NCBI GenBank assembly: GCA_951406725.2
Contig: OX597821.1
Coordinates: forward strand, 105,338,001-105,402,000
DNA: 64,000 nucleotides
Direction: 5' to 3'
Source: Octopus vulgaris
Lineage: Eukaryota
Shown here: piece after piece, positions 12,265 to 26,567 of the stretch
How positions within the stretch are numbered: position 1 is the first letter of the stretch
Layout: every line of letters begins with the position of its first letter
Made by a program: the position numbers and the translations under genes
The notes under the pieces: model-generated
Seen by the model: only the letters and a program-made list of their open reading frames with translations
What the model was told of the DNA's origin: nothing
The model's database searches: none

Positions 12265-13745
12265 TTGCAGAAAACATAACAGACATTGACGTAGGGAAGG
12301 AATACTTTTAGGAAATTAGTATTTTACAGCAAGTGCCCTTGATTCGGTAATTTATCTAACATATACCTACCTGATTACAGAACACTGGAAGAAAGTACAT
12401 CTTAGCCTAATTTCCTGACAATGAACCTGTTCAAGTGCACTCCTAAATCTATACAATAGGTGCCAACAGAGACAGATCAAAACATATTGGAATATCAATG
12501 GCCTAGATTTGCATGTAAAAAAAGTCTACCTCCGCTTCTGGGTTGCCGTTCCATTTCTTAAATATATTGAGTTAACGTAGAAATTTTACGGAGATTGTGT
12601 TTCAGTGTTTCTCTCTTAGGTTTTCATGCATTTCCCAAAAGAAGAATTTCAGAGGGGTATTCACCGTCTTTTACTGAAGTATCAATGCCCTATTACGAAT
12701 GTTAGCTAGGAGAATTGATGGAGTTCTTAACCAAGTATATTCCAGTATTTGATTATGGTAAAATACAGTTATAGTTGTGTTAAGGTTTCATCACCCAATG
12801 GTCGACCTATATTTTCTGATTACCTTACAGTTGCACTTCTACGGAGTGTACATAATGTTACTGAATATTTGATGATTTATAACATTTCAATATCATTAAC
12901 ATAAACGTGATACATATGTGTAATCGGAGAAACTACAATACCTGCAGTTGTGTGTACAGGCTTAAAATAATATATGATAGATGCAAAATATTATAATGGT
13001 ACGTTGCCTCTCACAGCCTTCACAAGCTGAAAAGGGGAATGGTGCTAAAATGGCTGACAACTCCATAATAGCCTGGCATCGCAGCTGCAAATATGGTCAA
13101 CCAATCGTAACACAAAAAGTATATTTCTATTCATAAATTCAGTCGTGTATTGAAAATGAAAATAGATAAATATCCTGATATAAAGTTCCTGAGATAGATT
13201 CGAGAGAAATACAAGCAGTGAAGAGCCAGGGATAATCCAAAGAATTATAGGTGCCTGGAGAATCATAAAGAATGACAAAGCGTAACGAAAACGTTAGGAC
13301 TTACACAGATACACATTATCAGGAAAAATGTCATTACGCTGAGAGTACCTTAAAATATAGCAACAGAAAAGGAAGCACAATAGCAAAATGGAGTTAAACA
13401 GGGCCTCTAGGCACACATAGCTGCGTTTGATCATTCATTTATATCACGCAATGAAATACGGCTACTTAAGTATTATGAAATATAATATGGTTGCTCCTGC
13501 TACTTATAATGAGAATGAGGTCATTCATGGAAATGATATCTTGTTGGGAGATTATTCTTATATGGCGTGCTAAATAATAAAGGAATATTCAAGCAATGAA
13601 TTATATCTAAATAATCAAGTAGATACACTTCAGATTCTCACAAGAGCGAACAAAAAGTCAGCAAGGAGGAACGCATGTCATGATTCTCCCTTTATTGCTT
13701 ACTCCACCCCACATATGACTGTATGTACGTATGCATGTATATATA

Positions 13746-13795
<50 letters not shown>

Positions 13796-13949
13796 TATAT
13801 AAAAATATTCATATCAATGAATGTGTTATGTGGAACTATTGTAAAGAGGAGCGCAGTTAAGTATACATTTGACTACGCTGTACAAAAGGAAAAGTTAATT
13901 TCGATGGAAATAACAAAAATAAAATTAAATTAAAATAAAAGTGGTAAAA

Positions 13950-14320
13950 GGCGAGAAACAAAAATTAGACAATTCCTTATTGAATTTAAACGGCCCTAGA
14001 AGGGATGATTTAAAGAATACGATGTATAGTGAACGAATAAGAATGACAGATATACAATATGTTCAAAAAAGAAAACCAAACGATACAATAAAGGAAATCT
14101 TTCGCATTGAAATTAATATGGAAGAACAAAAATGAAATAAATAGTTGAAAGAAACGTCATGGGTGAAGTGAACATAACTTAAATATACAATGTAAGAGGA
14201 ACAAAGGATACTATAACAATGAGAGATATGGTAAGTGCATAGAGAATAAAGTGTACTGCTATTGAGGATGTAATACTGTAGTGATTGATTAGATAGCCTT
14301 TTGAAATTAATTGAATACCG
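13950..14320 (+). mobile_element. Very decayed RTE-like RT fragment
   Basis: Remnants resembling K(A)PG.D (aacggccctagaagggat), RGTKDTITMR (~GT.DAI..LR) and AF(D/E) in the expected order, with stops. Confidence 0.35.
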
Positions 14321-14531
14321 TATTGAAATATTGCAATAGATGTAATTCAATATTGTGTTGTGCTGGTGGTTTCGTTTCAGTTGGAAGTATTCAACAGTTA
14401 TGGAACACAACCACATCCTCATGCAAATAGGCAGATACTAAGCAACACTAAAGATATTCGTGATTACATGTTCGAGAAGTTAGTTTCACGCGAGCGTTTT
14501 TAGAAACTCCACGCATAGATTCACATATGTG

Positions 14532-14842
14532 TATGGCGTGTCTGTTTTCGGGTTGCGAGTGAATTTTGTCGACGGAAACTGTATAGATTTGTATGCGCGC
14601 TCGCGAGTATGTGTGGCTGCATCTATGTTTGTGTGTCTTTGTGTCTACGCTTGCCCCCCGCCACATTTTGACAACTGGTGTGAGTGTGTTTACGTTCCTC
14701 TAACTTATCGGATCGGCAAAAGAGAGCGATTGAATAAGCACCAAACTTTTAAAAAATAAGACCTGGACTCGATACATACGACTACAAATTATTCTAGGCG
14801 GTTCCCCAGTATGACCGCAGTCTAATGACTGAAACAAATAAT
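14532..14842 (+). mobile_element. SINE family 2, partial
   Basis: gacggaaactg..tttgacaac..gatcggcaaaagag..atgactgaaacaa. Confidence 0.75.
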
Positions 14843-14914
14843 ATAAATATACATATGTAAGCTTGTACATATATATGAGTACATGTACGTATATATATAT
14901 ATACACACACACAT

Positions 14915-15070
14915 TCTCTTTTACTTGTCTCCGTCACTTGACTGTGGCCATGCTGGAGCACCGCCTGTAGTCGAGCAAATCGACCGCAGGATTTATTCTC
15001 TGTAAGCCTAGTACTTATTCTATCGATCTTTTTTGCCGAGCCGCTAAGTTACGGGGACGTAAACACACAA
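14915..15070 (-). mobile_element. SINE family 2, 3' half
   Basis: ggccatgctggagcaccgcc..ccgctaagttacggggacgtaaacac. Confidence 0.85.
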
Positions 15071-15596
15071 ATATATATAAATATATATATGTGTGTGTGT
15101 GTGTGTGTTTATTTGTGTGTGTGTGTATGTATGTATGTATAGATGCATGCATGCATCTATGTATACATGTATATATAAAGAGAAACCAGGCTCAATATTG
15201 TCAGATGAAACACATTCAAGTATAAATGTAATATGTAGTTTTTATATAGTCTCACATTTGTATAAGGGCTCAGGGTTACTTCTTGTGCTGGCAGATATAG
15301 TGGGTCTAAAACGTAGCAGGCGCAAATCGAAGCAAGGATACATTGGTAAATCCAGAACCTCTCAGCCTGAAAACTTTTAAGCTTATATATTGCGTATGTT
15401 AAAACCTGAGGTTTTATCTGTTTCTCTAAATATTTGTCCCCATATCTGCTCCCTTGGATTCCCCCTTATAGCCACTCTTTACCCTGGTGATTTGGTCCTC
15501 CGTGAAGATATTAGTCTATAGTTTCAAATCATTTGAGCACTGCGAAGTGTTTTCCATATTGATATTCTCTCGATCTCATATGTGAAGTATCTATCC

Positions 15597-15682
<86 letters not shown>

Positions 15683-15713
15683 TTATCTATATATCTATCT
15701 ATCTATCTATCTA

Positions 15714-15761
<48 letters not shown>

Positions 15762-16725
15762 CAGTGTGTGTGTATCTACATATGAATATATAACATAGAA
15801 CTTCATATAGTTTTAATAACTTATGTGTCTCTATTGCTAATCTAAGAATCAAGATGCATTTTTGCTCGTTACGAGAGTTTCGACTCTATTTATACTCTAT
15901 CGTAAGCATCTTTAGAACATATTCCAATATCATTATTTGCGTTGAACATCACAGATTTCTCCTCTTCGATTATAATTTATTTTATATAAATTTCCTATCG
16001 ATTAAACGGTTTTCATCCTACTTCTAACATTAAAGGAAAGATGTAAACTGTCTGCCTTCGATTTTATCTAAATATCTGTTAAATTGCCTTGGTTTCCGTT
16101 ACGTTAAAAGTTACCGAGTACAAAAATGAAATTTGTGGATGTATACTTGTAACTATTTTGTCCCTGTACACATTTGTCTCGTGATAAATGATAGATAATT
16201 TATTTCAATATCCGCTTTACCTGTCATTCCTAACACATGTTTTGTCTGCTTCTCTTTGTTCTTCTCAAATTTATACTTTTGTACTTCAGGGTGAGTGATG
16301 ACGAGATATGGTCGATGTTTTGATTAAATTTAGAGTTACTATGAAACAAAGACAGTTCTGAAGTGGTTACATAGTTTCACTATTATCTCTCTGTTTGTTA
16401 CATGCAACCAATTGCTCTGTTAAACTTCCATCGTATGTAACAGGCCCTCTATTCATTTCCGCATTATATTTACAGATGTTATATCTGTATAATCTATCAA
16501 TTGTTATATGATACATAAAATGATAATATTCAGGTTATATACCTCCTTGAAAAAATTAAAAGTATGCGTGTGTGTGTATGTGTGTAAGTCTGTGTGTGCT
16601 TATTTTCTTCTTACACCCTGCCAACTCTAAAGAATCATATTGTCATATTCCTTGATTAAACTAATTTTGCTTAGTTTTCACAACGGCGGGATAGGTTAGC
16701 TTTATGTATGCATGTACATACATAC

Positions 16726-16775
<50 letters not shown>

Positions 16776-16811
16776 ATGTGTATATATATATATAAATATA
16801 TATATGTGCCT

Positions 16812-16846
<35 letters not shown>

Positions 16847-17177
16847 CGTGTGTGTGCGTGTCTGTGTGTGTGTGTGCGTGTGTGTATGCGTGTATGTGTG
16901 TGCGTGTGTGTGTATGACTGTGTGTTCGTGTGTGTGCGTGCTGCACCGTCTGTCTGTAGGGGGTATGTTTTTAATTCATCAATATATGCATTAAGTTGTT
17001 AATTGTATTAAAGAATGAGGATAATTTCAAAAGTTTTGCTGTATTCGATCATTAAATTTCAAACATTCTGGGCATCACATAATTTTGGAGTTCGCTGCAC
17101 GAATTCTAATTTTCTATATTAACAGTTTAGTTTATATGTGTATGTGCGTGTCTGTATTTTATGATGATAAAATACCT

Positions 17178-17345
17178 TCGGAAATAGAACCCCAGTTCGA
17201 AATTTCCCCAAGACACTTGATGAAGCCTGAAGGGTATATCATCCGAAACGTTTGTGTTAATAACAAACAAGTTGAGGACAAATATCCGTCAAATGTAAAT
17301 AATGCAAATAATGTATAAAATTCCTCATCTCTTAAATATAGAACT
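17178..17345 (+). mobile_element. Short repeat with decayed hammerhead motif (probable Penelope-type pLTR fragment)
   Basis: acac-TTGATGA-agcctg..catcc-GAAACGTT-tgtgt; related copy at 41765-41855 keeps intact GGCTG/CAGCC stem II. Confidence 0.5.
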
Positions 17346-17858
17346 AAATTAGAGCTGTTTTGGAATAACATTATGAAAATTTATATTCCAGAGTCAAATA
17401 AAATTTAGTGACATAACAGTTTCATCGATTGATACAAATCACTGAGAACAAAGAGCAAGGTAGAAATAAATAATTAAAAAATGTTTGGATTACAATCATG
17501 AGTATCACTATCAACAAATCAGGACATCATTACAAAATACTCTTTCCCGGATTTCGAGAGACTACTTTTAAACATGGAGACATAAATAAAGAAATTATTT
17601 GCTAAACACAAGGAATGATCAGCATAATGGTTATGTTGTAAGAAGTTTCCTTTCGAGCCATATCGGTTCAGCTTCAGTCCCGCCGTGTCGCATCTTTCTA
17701 CAGTGTTTTCTACTATATGAACGAACCAACCACATATTTCTGAGTGGATTACGTCCACCGAAACTGAAAGAAGCTAGTGGTAAATATATGTTGATTCGCT
17801 AGCTTCTGCACGCATTTTTTTTCTCTTCTTGTTTCTCTCCGTGTTTCTTTTCTGTGTA

Positions 17859-17896
17859 TCTTTCTGTTGAAGAGCGGAGGCTCGAAACGTAAAAGA
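17859..17896 (+). ncRNA. Minimal type-I hammerhead-like motif with CUGUUGA core
   Basis: Stem I TCTTT/AAAGA; CTGTTGA+A; stem II GAGC-ggag-GCTC; GAAA; palindromic ACGT stem III; GTA triplet; lies in a ~190 bp segment abutting (TA)n. Confidence 0.6.
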
Positions 17897-17993
17897 CTTG
17901 TTTTATTTATATTCCTGAGCGCCATACTAATACAATTGTTTGTTTGTATTCCACCTGCCCTCGTATTTTGTTTATTTTCATAATGCTTCCCGT

Positions 17994-18047
<54 letters not shown>

Positions 18048-18316
18048 AGTGGAAAATGATAATAAAAACAAGTCATTTAGAATATATTTAATTAGAACAA
18101 CGCGAGGAAGGCGTTTAAATGTTCTAAATGACTTAAGATACTCATCCTGCCTTGACTTTTGTTGTCCTCTAATATATACCTGATACCTCGGAAGCCTACT
18201 ACAGATCCCTAATTCCAGCCGCAGCTGGGATCTTAGCACCTAACGGATGACCAATTATAGAACCTAAACCACGTATCTATTCGTTTAGGTCACCAGTGAA
18301 CTAAACACCTCATATT

Positions 18317-18365
<49 letters not shown>

Positions 18366-18439
18366 TCATATGTATAACTGTTTACGCATATATAAATATA
18401 CACATATAAACACACACATATATAATATATGTGTGTATA

Positions 18440-18662
18440 TGTGTGCGTGTGTGTATGTGCATCTTTGTGTTTGAGTACGTATCCTACGAACGTTTCACAA
18501 ATGGCGTGGTTGTGTTTATGTGCCTGGAACTGTGCAGTTCGCCAAATACTGAGAATAAGTACAAGTCTGAAAAAACAAATAATGGGATCGATTTGTTCGA
18601 CTAAACACTTCGAGGTAGTGCTCCAGCATGGCCACATTGAAATGATTCAAACAAGTAAAAGA
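18440..18662 (+). mobile_element. SINE family 2, 3' half
   Basis: gaataagtac..tcgatttgttcgactaaa..gtgctccagcatggccac..aaacaagtaaaa. Confidence 0.75.
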
Positions 18663-18989
18663 TCATGAAGAGGAGATCAAGGCAAGGCTGGGACAACATA
18701 GTTTAGTCGAGAATTACCCTACTAGATTAAGATATAATACTTTTCCAAAAGGATGCAATATAACAGGTTATTGATGTAGGCATAGATTTTTATGTTCATG
18801 CTTATATACATACACAGACATAGAAAACACATAGGCACATAAATACATAAAGAAATATATTTTTATGTGTTAATTAATCGATATCTACCTCTCATAAATA
18901 TAATATTTCATGTCATGTTTCCTTTATTACTTTCCCAAATACGCTACAATTTGCATGGCTTTTATTCCAACTATATGAATATATGCTAC

Positions 18990-19420
<431 letters not shown>

Positions 19421-19770
19421 CGTATGGGATTGTTTCATATCTTGGCAGTTTTCCTCGGTTGGTACTTATTTTTACTGTAGCCATAATTTTTGTCTGTTCA
19501 ACATTTGCTATGTCATCTGTACAATACTGAATTCTCATATGTCAATTTCTATATAATTTCTATTACCGAATATTATGATTACCATCATCCGATCTGTAAT
19601 AAGTGTCATGATTTCTCAAGGTTATATTATACTTCAGTACAATGTACAACATATAGGTTCTATTCAGCAGTAACTATAAAATCAACGCATTTTGGCAGCA
19701 AGTGTTAATGGAAGCATTGCTATAGCCTAGACATATTTCCTAGAGAAATAGTAGTATTGTTTATTAGTAT

Positions 19771-19803
<33 letters not shown>

Positions 19804-19879
19804 TATCAGGCATAGTATTGTGATTGCTGTTTTTTGTTGTTATATTTACTATTATTATTCTCAGTTGCTTAAACATGTT

Positions 19880-21960
19880 CCTGACAGCTACAACAAGCGC
19901 CAGGGATTGTAGCTCCATGTTCTTGCAGTGTTAACAATATTGTATAATCAAATTTCGCATTGCTGATGGTGTCCTTCCATTTGTTTAACGTTTTCGTTAG
20001 TTTGTTTTGTGGTTTCCTGTGTAACTTTAACTTCTTTTCAATTTATTTTAGATCTCGGGTTTTATAAACACTGTTAGTTTATTGAATGGCGGTAGGATAT
20101 CCCTTCTTTTTTGTTAAGCTGTTAAATTTCGTCTATGCAAATTACCGTCTATACAATTTATCGTCTATGCAAATTATCGTGATAATTCACCTTTGGATTG
20201 AAAAAGAATAGATCGCTCGTTTTTTGGTTTAAGTTAAAATGTACAGCGTTTTTGAAGTTTGAGATGCTGGGTCTATATGTTAATTTAAGGAAAGGCACAT
20301 GTGTCAATAGAATTCTTTTCAATATATACCAAAGTGCTGGGTTGGTAATTAAGATCATGCAACAACTGTGTCCTCGGTGTTGATTTACGGATATCATAAA
20401 CCATCTGATTAAGATATACTGTTTCCTCTGTTTACTCTTTAAACGGTTTCAGTCATTTGATTGAGGCCATGCTGGAGCACCGCCTTTAGTCGAGCAAATC
20501 GAACTCAGGATTTAGTCTTTGGAAGCCTAGTACTTTACTTATTCTATCGGTCTCTGTTGCCGGACCGCTAGTTACAGGGACGTAAACACACCACCATCGA
20601 TTGTCAAGCTATGTTGGGGGAACAAACACAGAACACAAACATATACACATACACACATACATATATAGTGGAAAACACATGCTATAGTAGAAGACAGTTG
20701 CCCAAGGTGCCACGTAGTTGTAATGAACCCAGAACCTTGTGGTTTGGTAGTTCCCAATGGTTTACATTTATCAAATCATCAAATACAATTGGCAACACAA
20801 AACTGTTGCCAATTTATCATATTCTGTAAAGTGTTTTAGTAAATGTTTGCCACAACGCTTATTTAGTGTTTCATATCTTATACGTACAGATCTTCATACA
20901 CATCCCTTCAGCATACGGATTGTGCATTCTTTTAAAGGTCTGTTGCTCTTTCAGCCACTTATAAAAACAGGCAATAATTTCATACTTTTGGTCTTCATGT
21001 ATATGGCCAATAAACATTATGGTCCCAGACAATTCTTTTAAAAAAGACATACTACATACAGACAAATAGTCATGCCAAAATAATTTAAATAACCAAAATA
21101 TGAGTCACGCATTGCTCCGGTTTTCTATGTTTATGTTTAAGTATATTTTTTGGAATGTTAGCTTTCAATAAACTTTGATATTGAGGTTATACGGATCTCA
21201 CACATTTAACACATCCTGCACTATGTAGAAACACCCATTTTCATTTTTATTCTGCTTTCTAACAAGTCTAATTTGCTATATATACAAACATACACTGACG
21301 CCAAAATGTTATTTTCAACTATTTCACCTTAATGATGGGGATTTGTTGCCTATGTTAACAATCGGTATCGTACTTCTAACCTTCGTCAATATACTAAACA
21401 GACACCGTTTTAATATTAGCATGGCTTTTAGTAGATTCTCATATGTTCTTACGTGCATTTCCCTTTGGCGTACCGGGTTGCTGGACGCTTCGTCAATAAA
21501 ATAGGCCTTATAAATGAAGTGCTAGAATATTTTCGTTATCAGCATTTCAACCGCATCATTTGAGGATTTTAATAATTTTTTCAATAATTTTTATGGCCCC
21601 ACTCTATATCTAAACTTCCGATTATGTCTATAAATCTGCCGATGCTATTTAGTTTCTTTTAATCTCGCAGATGAAATAATTTTGCGCTAGTATGAAATAC
21701 CTGATGCCCCAAATTTTCAAAGTGTATAATTCTTTAGAAGTTGTGTTTATGATTTTGTTGTGACTTCTTACTTTTTTTCCGATGATGAATGCAGTACGGA
21801 AATTTGATTCCTTGGTGGCTGAACATTAGGAATATAGACGAGCTTTTGTAATGGTATTAATTTCAAACATTCTATTAACTGGGGGAAATAATTTTGCTGC
21901 AGAAACCTTGTGTGATTTCCTGGAATATATTCTTCGTCCAGTTCTACAGTTATTCGGTTA
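19880..21960 (-). mobile_element. Highly decayed Penelope-like element (RT, linker, GIY-YIG), interrupted by a SINE
   Basis: Ordered minus-strand remnants: GTPKG..TYENL (~GT.MG..YANL, ~21450), *YIDE (~RYIDD, ~21390), LTYRPSIS..FFNPKVNY (linker, ORF 20158..20397), NLIIQYC*HC (~GIY-YIG start, ~19940). Confidence 0.55.
20432..20752 (-). mobile_element. SINE family 2 with internal deletion, nested in the Penelope remnant
   Basis: ggccatgctggagcaccgcctttagtcgagcaaatcg..gcccaaggtgccacg. Confidence 0.85.
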
Positions 21961-22682
21961 ATGTGTAATTGTGTTATTTGTTATTATACTGCTATACTAT
22001 TAATCTTATAACATAACATACTCATATATGGTCCTGAGTGTAAAATAATTCAGTTTCGATGTTAGATTATGTACTTCGTTTCTTTGATTAAGTCAGTTTG
22101 TTTTACACTTTTCCTTCCTGCCATTATATAGCAGTTCGATGATAAAGTATCGATAAAATAAAGTTTTGGCTGTTCAGAAACTGAGATCAATACATCAACG
22201 AAACCCTTGAATGCATTACTGCATCTTCGAAACAAGTGAACGAAAGAAACAAAATATATAACAAAGCAAGAAAGAAAAGTATAACCAGCGCCATGAGAAG
22301 ATCGTTGTCTTCGTCTGCCGAAAAAGGCATTTTTTCCAAATACGCCAGCTAAACTAAATTTTACTGTCTATTAGTCGTAAGACACCCGCTGTTTTTGTCC
22401 TGTTTTTACCATTATTGTTTTTTGTATTTTATATTCGTGTGGCATCGTCCGTTTTTCTGTCCCTGTTTCGTATACATTCGATCCTTTTTTCCAAGAAATC
22501 TAATGCTCGTAGCTTAGTTTGTCCTTGGGGCTGGCCGGATCGGAGCGATCTCAAGATTAATCAGCCGAAATTGCTAGGATGATCCGGTTCTTAACTGAAG
22601 ATTGAAGGCTTCGAATGTCCCGTCCGTGTTTTTTGTATCGTCTTCTAAATGTTTTACGTTCTCGTCCCAGTGTGTATTTTTC

Positions 22683-22787
<105 letters not shown>

Positions 22788-23429
22788 TCAGTATTATAGA
22801 TTATATAAATGTGTTTTTTAAAGATGTATTTCAACTATTTACATACTTGAAAGTATATTAATATCAAATTTCGAATTCATGGCTCATGCTACTTCGACTT
22901 GTGACTTCCTTTTTACTTTCAACACATTCTGAAACTAAAATATTAAGAATATCAAGAAATGCTCTCATTTAATTTTCTCAATACTTTATTATATCAAGGT
23001 AAATGGATATTTAATAAAATCGCATCCAAAAGACGTAAGGCCAACGCTTTATGGGAGAATGCACGTACAAATTAACATATATGTGTATATTCTTGGTAAT
23101 TCTATAACCGACACGAGAAAATCAAATTTGAATTTGATCACGTAGCGGTGCGAAACTAAATACTATGAAAATATAAAACGGCAAAGCCATAATTTTACAG
23201 GCCATTAGCATCATCTTTCAAGATGAAAGACTATAGATCATATATATTTTTGTATCTACATTGCTTTTTCTATCCGTTTCATCTCCGATAACCATTGAAC
23301 AAATTATTGCCAAATATATAGATGTTTACAGCGTAGATACGTACTAGGAAATATTAATTCAGATGTAATGGTGCAAGTTCGAATATAATCTGTAATTTTG
23401 GACAATAAAATAATAAGATAAATGCACCC

Positions 23430-23667
23430 TTTAAAATCTAACCGGGCTCGTGGGCCTGGTTTCCCGGTTTCAGTGACGTATGTGTTCCCCTGTTGGACGG
23501 CACGCCAGTCCATCGCAGCGTTACACAGTTTTGCCAGCTGATTGAACTGGAGCAACGTGAAATGAATTGTTTTGCTCAAGAACCCAACGCGTCGCCTTGT
23601 CCGGGAATCGAAACCACAATCTTCCGATCATGATGCTGACACCCTAACCACTAATCCACTGCTTCTC
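23430..23667 (-). mobile_element. tRNA-derived SINE (head B, V-like core)
   Basis: ttagtggttagggtg..gtttcgattcc head; gatggactggcgt.ccgtcca and gaaaccgggaaacc; same family as 63459-63700. Confidence 0.8.
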
Positions 23668-23759
23668 TACACTCACAAATAAAAGAAGCTGATATACAGA
23701 GGAAAACAAGTGGGCGCGAAGACAAAAAAATGTTGCTCCCAAATTTTGGACATAACGTC

Positions 23760-24560
23760 TAGTGTTATAATTGTTATGACAAAATAAATCCTCTTCAAGT
23801 ATTTAGACATTCCAAGTAAGTCAAACCTAAAGATTTCTAAGGAATATTTTTATTGCAATAGTCTTGAATTGGTGGTGCTTGAGGCCATCAGACACAATAC
23901 ATTATCAAACTTTGTATGCTTCGTTTTAAAATTTTCAAATCAGTTACAGTCATAAATATGATCAAGATTCTTGTGTCATTTCTATTCTTGTCAAAATTAT
24001 ACATATCTCCCTTTGAATAAGGTTGAATCAATCCATTGAAACTCGCTTATATACCATCATCAAACTTTAGCAATTTGCTGAGGAATGATTTTCTGAACAT
24101 TATTACATGAATACATAGAAATATTCTTAAAATATACGAGATAACAATCACAGAATATACGAGATAAAATTGCATATCAGCTAAGATCCTTTGTTTGACA
24201 TTCACTGGTATAATATTTGTTTAGCATTTGTTCTTTAAATATGAGAACTCAATATATGACCGCTCCATATATGTAACATCCTCGGGAGGCCTTCTGGAGA
24301 ATTCTATTAACTCCTATGTAAAGAAAGAGGAGCCCATATTCCAATAGGAATCTGGTGTGCAGAGAGATGGATCGATATTGTAACCAACCATCAGGTTTGG
24401 CAACATATCATGAGCAAGAAAACAATTTCACGTGTTTCCTTTTGGGGGAAGGAAATGCCAGCATCATTCAAAATGTCCGAGTCAGATATTTTGAGAAAGT
24501 TGCTAACAATTGCTATTTGATATTTCCTTTTGTTCCCCGTCTTAGATTACGCGGAAGCCA
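23760..24560 (-). mobile_element. Possible very old Penelope-like RT remnant
   Basis: Minus-strand remnants ..NMGSS (~G..MGSP) followed by a ~YID-like stretch; weak. Confidence 0.25.
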
Positions 24561-25187
24561 CTAAAATTATAACCAATACAATAGTTTAGAATATTTCTGT
24601 ATTTATATATGAAGAATATTGGACGAAATTTGTTCAGCAGATTAAAATACTGAGACAAATGTTATTCTCGTTCTATGTGCAGAGAAGTACTAAAAGTAAA
24701 TTAATAGAGAGACAGATAATTAGATAGACAGACAGACAGATACACACGTGCACACACGCACACACAAGTATATGCATAGTCATTCATACACACCGTAGGG
24801 GTGCTGCTAGCGGGACGGCGTTATAACGGTTACATCGCCTCCACCCGTGTCGATATTCCTAGGTGCTACGGCAGTCTTATTCAATAAATTGGGAATTTTA
24901 AGTTTGAAGGAAAAAACGTTTTACATGACGATATTACTTAATATTTCTTTCGTGGGGTTTGAAAAGGTCCCGGGTCGAGCCTGTTTTCTTTTTTTTTAGG
25001 ATACCTGCACAGTCTGCTAAGCAAAGCTTACATCGTTTACTCCTGTTTATATTAGTGCCCGGTTGTTCAGTTACTTTCTACTATCCAAAACAACGCTGGA
25101 ACTTTTCCGTAGTGATACATTTTAACGCCTCCGTCGATATTTTATTCGCCCGTTCTTCGTCACAAATGTTAACAGTCGAAAAAGGAC

Positions 25188-25243
<56 letters not shown>

Positions 25244-25544
25244 CCCGCTCACCTATAAAATGAAATATTCTTTTTTCTAGAAATAATGTGACAATATATA
25301 TGATAAAGAATGATTAATATTCTGAAATCTGCACATTCCTTACCATCTATTCCTTCATTCTTCTATATTTAATATTTCCTAAAATGCAGTTCCTCGTTGA
25401 TTATCACAGTAGCGTTTATTTACCCATTTTCTATATGTATTGAAAATTATACTAACGCCTTATTCCTTAGAAACCTCAACCTCCTTGTTTTGTGTTTACA
25501 AATAATGAAAGCAATCCTTAATGGACTGCGAACGATTCTACTTG

Positions 25545-25912
25545 AACACCTTTTCAAACTCCACCCATCTAACATCCGTGGACATATTTACAAAGTAAGA
25601 AAACAGCACAGCTCCCATGACTTCAGGAAACATTTTTTCACGCTGAGAGTTGCTCAAGCATGGAACAAACTGCCGGCATCAGTTGTTAGTTGTCGGAGCA
25701 CTGCATCCTTCAAAACTTCCATGCTTCCTGAGATTCGCCAACACTACACTTGATTTTCTCCCCTCCATACACGCACAAGCATGTATCTGACTCATACATT
25801 GTTCGCTTTCCAGATATTTCTACATTACTGCATGTACTTTATATGCACTTTCTGACAAGTTGTGGTGCACCTGAGCACAGTATACAATAATTTCATTATT
25901 ATCATTATTATT
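25545..25912 (+). mobile_element. CR1-clade LINE 3' end (ORF2 C-terminus, 3' UTR, (att)n tail)
   Basis: RGHIYKV..FRKHFFTLRVAQAWNKLPASVV..SFK is the typical CR1 ORF2 C-terminal motif; stop at 25753. Confidence 0.85.
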
Positions 25913-26332
25913 TTCTGTAAAGGATGTAACATAACAAAAGAATGTGTCACATGTCAAAACTACCGTTGATATAATTCTGAGACCTACTCGAAATATTTTT
26001 GAACATGAAGTCTACTTGGAAAATTTCTTCTCCGAGACAATCACGACTGCATCTTAAATCTTCGAAACCATTGGTTGTACAAGAATATGTTAATTACAAA
26101 TATAATACTTTTATTTGAAACGTCACTACTTCGTGTGGCTACATTAAATTAATTTCAAACACAGCAAGTACAAGGTGTGTTATTTACAAATAGCAATGTA
26201 AATTTGTTCCGGGGTATAGAAGAGTATGTTAAAACAAATCTAAGAATAGTTTAACGCTTTGCTGATGACATTCAGAAACCGACTTGATCTTTCGTAACGC
26301 ACATAGATTTATTTACCCTCTTCAATAAAGAA

Positions 26333-26567
26333 CCTATTTCTTTACTACCCACAAGGGGCTAAACACAGAGAGTACAAACCCGGACAGACAAACGGATTGA
26401 GTCGATTATATCGACACCAGTGCGTAACTGGTACATATTTAATCGAACACTAACGGATGAAAGGCAAAGTCGACCTCGGCGGAATTAGAACTCAGAACGT
26501 ACCGGCAGAGGAAATACGGCTATGCATTTCGCCGGTGCGCTAACCTTTCTGCCAGCTGTCCGCCTTT
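26333..26567 (-). mobile_element. SINE family 1
   Basis: ggatgaaaggcaaagtcgacctcggcggaatt.gaactcagaacgt..ctgccagct. Confidence 0.9.

Noticed and set aside
13230-13480. PKNYR and GVKQG RT-like words
   Set aside because: Spacing far too short and no continuous frame; too decayed to call
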